From: Neoechinorhynchus agilis
Taxonomy: Eukaryota; Animalia; Acanthocephala
DNA length: 64,000 nucleotides
Direction: 5' to 3'
Assembly: GCA_051530055.1 (NCBI GenBank)
Contig: CM121343.1
Coordinates: forward strand, 5,240,389 to 5,304,388
Part shown: positions 61,682-64,000 of the stretch, piece after piece
Layout: the number at the start of each line of letters is the position of its first letter
How positions within the stretch are numbered: the stretch's first letter is position 1
Position numbers and translations under genes: made by a program
The notes under the pieces: generated by a model
Databases searched by the model: none
Seen by the model: the letters and a program-made list of their open reading frames with translations, nothing else
Told to the model about the DNA's origin: nothing

Positions 61682-62700
61682 TCATTTGGAAGGTCGGGGG
61701 ATGGGATGATCGAGGAGGTAGAATGGCAATGAATGCATTATTGGCGATTGTGAACATAAGAGGCCAGCAAGTGGATCTGCCATCCTTTTAGCTGGAGAAA
61801 GAGTAAATGGTCGACGAAGTCGAGTGCTTTCGATAAATCCAGTTGGATGAGATCGGGTGACGTGGGAGGGATTATCGTCGAGGTTACGTAGGAACGCATC
61901 CGTTGAATAAAATTTGGGCTGGAAGCCGAATTGTAAAGGCGATAATTTCTTGTTGAAAAGTGGGAGAAAGCGAGTTTTAAAACATTTTTCGATGATCTTT
62001 AAAAGATCGGGCGAAATGGATATTGGACGGAACGATTCGGTCACGTCCATTTTTCGGAAGAAGGGTCGCCTTAGCAGTTTCCAGACAAGAGGGGTAGATG
62101 CAATATAAAAAGCTGATTTATAATGAGGGTAAGAGAATCTATAAGTTCGGGATGATGCAGCGAAGTGCCAAGTTTGGGATTTCGGATTGAGGGAACGAAT
62201 TTTAAGATAATTTCTTGAGATGTTGTAGGACTTCGTATGACAGCAGTAAGGGGAGTATTGGAGAGTTGACAGAAGTGTCAGTTGCGGGAGTGATATTTTG
62301 TGATGAGTCTAAGATAGGGCAATGGCTGTAATTTGAGTCAGAGCAGAGGTTCTGATTGATGGAGTCTAGAACATATTTCAGTTTAGAAGAGGACCAATAT
62401 GAGAAGGGATCAGGGGTTGCGTAGACCAAGTCTTTGACGGTCCGCTACCATGTTGAATTGCCCCTAATTTTAAAAAATTCTGGATGTTATGGTCCCGTTT
62501 TGCCCAGACGGGTAATCTAGGTGATTTTTGACGCTGAGGTGAGGTGGAGGGAGTGATGAGGGCAGAGTTCGCGGGGGGAGGGAGTTTAGAGGCGGATGAG
62601 TAGGCGTCGATATTTGTGAACACTTGTCGAGGTGAGCGTCAATACGAGTTGGGAAGTCGCAACTCGGAGAAGGGTAGAAAAGGAAATAGATTATTGAAGT
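61682..62700 (-). mobile_element. Decayed LINE reverse-transcriptase fragment
   Basis: P.VWK.A...P....SFRPISI....KIIEK...RF.....LSPLQFGF....ST matches RT domains 1-2; frameshifted. Confidence 0.75.
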
Positions 62701-63529
62701 CCCTTGCAATTAAGAAACGGTGTGAATTTGCGGAGTTTAAGTAGCTCAGTCGAACACTGATGAACGCGCATCATCACGAATATACACCGCACAACACGAT
62801 CCACTATTTTGCCCCCTTCGGAGTAGAGACGTATTGAGCGCTTGGCAGCTCGGCACTCACTCAAGATCTCTCACCGGCGACGCACGAGCAGGTGTATTCC
62901 TGCGACAAAATATTTCGCTTGCAGTACAACGAGGCAATGCTGCTAGCGTGATAGCGACAGCCGAGAGAGGAGAGAAGCTAAGATTTTGTGGACGGTGGTG
63001 ATTGAACGTTTTGTACTTTATTATTAATGCGAACATTAACATTGAACAAAATCATTATTAGTAAGAATTTCTACACCTTCCTAAACCTTTATTTGAATTT
63101 TCAATAAACGTTTTATATAACAGTGACCGCAATGTTTCGCTGTTGTCGAAATCGATTTTAGCCTCTGAAAAAGCACCCTTATTTTCGAGTGCTCAATTAT
63201 TGACCTGCTTTTCGCCGTAATAATAAATGAAATTGATAAACCTGAAGAAATTTTACACAGCCTGGCAGGAAGAATTCGCGTCAAATATGTAATTGCCGCG
63301 CCATGAATGATAAATTCGACAGCATCGGTTTTATGTCAGATTTGATAGACTGTCGTGCGGCTTTAAGGGGGTTATTGGATATGTGATTTATTCGTGAGTG
63401 TGTCTAATTAATGCCTTTAAACTAGTGATTAGAGCTACTGGTTGCTTTTTGTTGTACAAGCGATCGGTAATCGATTATAGTATCGCCATAATAGACTTTG
63501 AATGACAAACTCACGAGCAAATCACTTTC

Positions 63530-64000
63530 CTAATTATTAGCGATTCGTCCAATCAATGCGTGATTTTTTTCAATATAAGCGTTGTAGAGAATGATATCAG
63601 ATGATGATGATTTTAGTGAATTCCAACAAGCGCCAGCAATGGATCTAGCTGTCACTGAATCGAACGTCCAAGAGTATTCGTGTGAAGAGATGGTAGGTAT
63701 TGTCGAAGGAAAGACTCTCGAGCGTTTGTTCAGATGAAACCCCGTTTTTCGGATACCTTGCACTGCTTTCTGCATGGACCCAATGAATCCGAATTAGAAG
63801 ATGTTTCGTTGCCTGCAATGGATCCACAGGACGAACGTGAATTTGATATAAAGTACGTTTGTATCTTTTAATATGTCTACAAACCATTAGCAGGGCAGTC
63901 TTCAACATTCCAACGTTGAGCAATGAGTGGGGTCAGACACCGATCGGATCCCGATATGAGTCCATCATGAAGGACATTTTTGTAAAAACTGAGAATTCAC
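63530..64000 (-). CDS. Possible gene fragment running off the window end, unknown product
   Basis: Overlapping open frames 63645-63923 and 63530-63775; no recognisable domain. Confidence 0.25.

Overview
Gene-dense, AT-rich eukaryotic window. The gene set (synaptojanin, AEBP2/Jing-like, C16orf89-like, RGS) points to a compact-genome animal; the species cannot be identified from sequence alone. About 18 protein genes are recognisable, mostly with short GT-AG introns or none. They are interspersed with a 229-bp satellite, a 216-bp hammerhead-bearing satellite, a near-intact Penelope-like element, decayed CRE/R2-like and APE-LINE relics, MITE-like palindromes and an inverted triplication of a NOP9-like fragment. 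Two features stand out. (1) Several conserved genes (apyrase x2, DHHC palmitoyltransferase, NAGK, AEBP2-like, probably AP-3 mu) are interrupted by insertions. Removing them restores ortholog-like motifs, yet they lack GT-AG ends and their two ends base-pair into a stem: candidate non-canonical hairpin introns coexisting with ordinary spliceosomal introns. (2) A tRNA-headed, TIR-bounded element amplified into a tandem array carries all hammerhead core strands in a non-nested order (GAAA, CUGAUGA, UH), which suggests cleavage by cooperation between neighbouring units. Exon structures and ortholog comparisons were done by hand from recalled sequences; no database search or folding computation was run.
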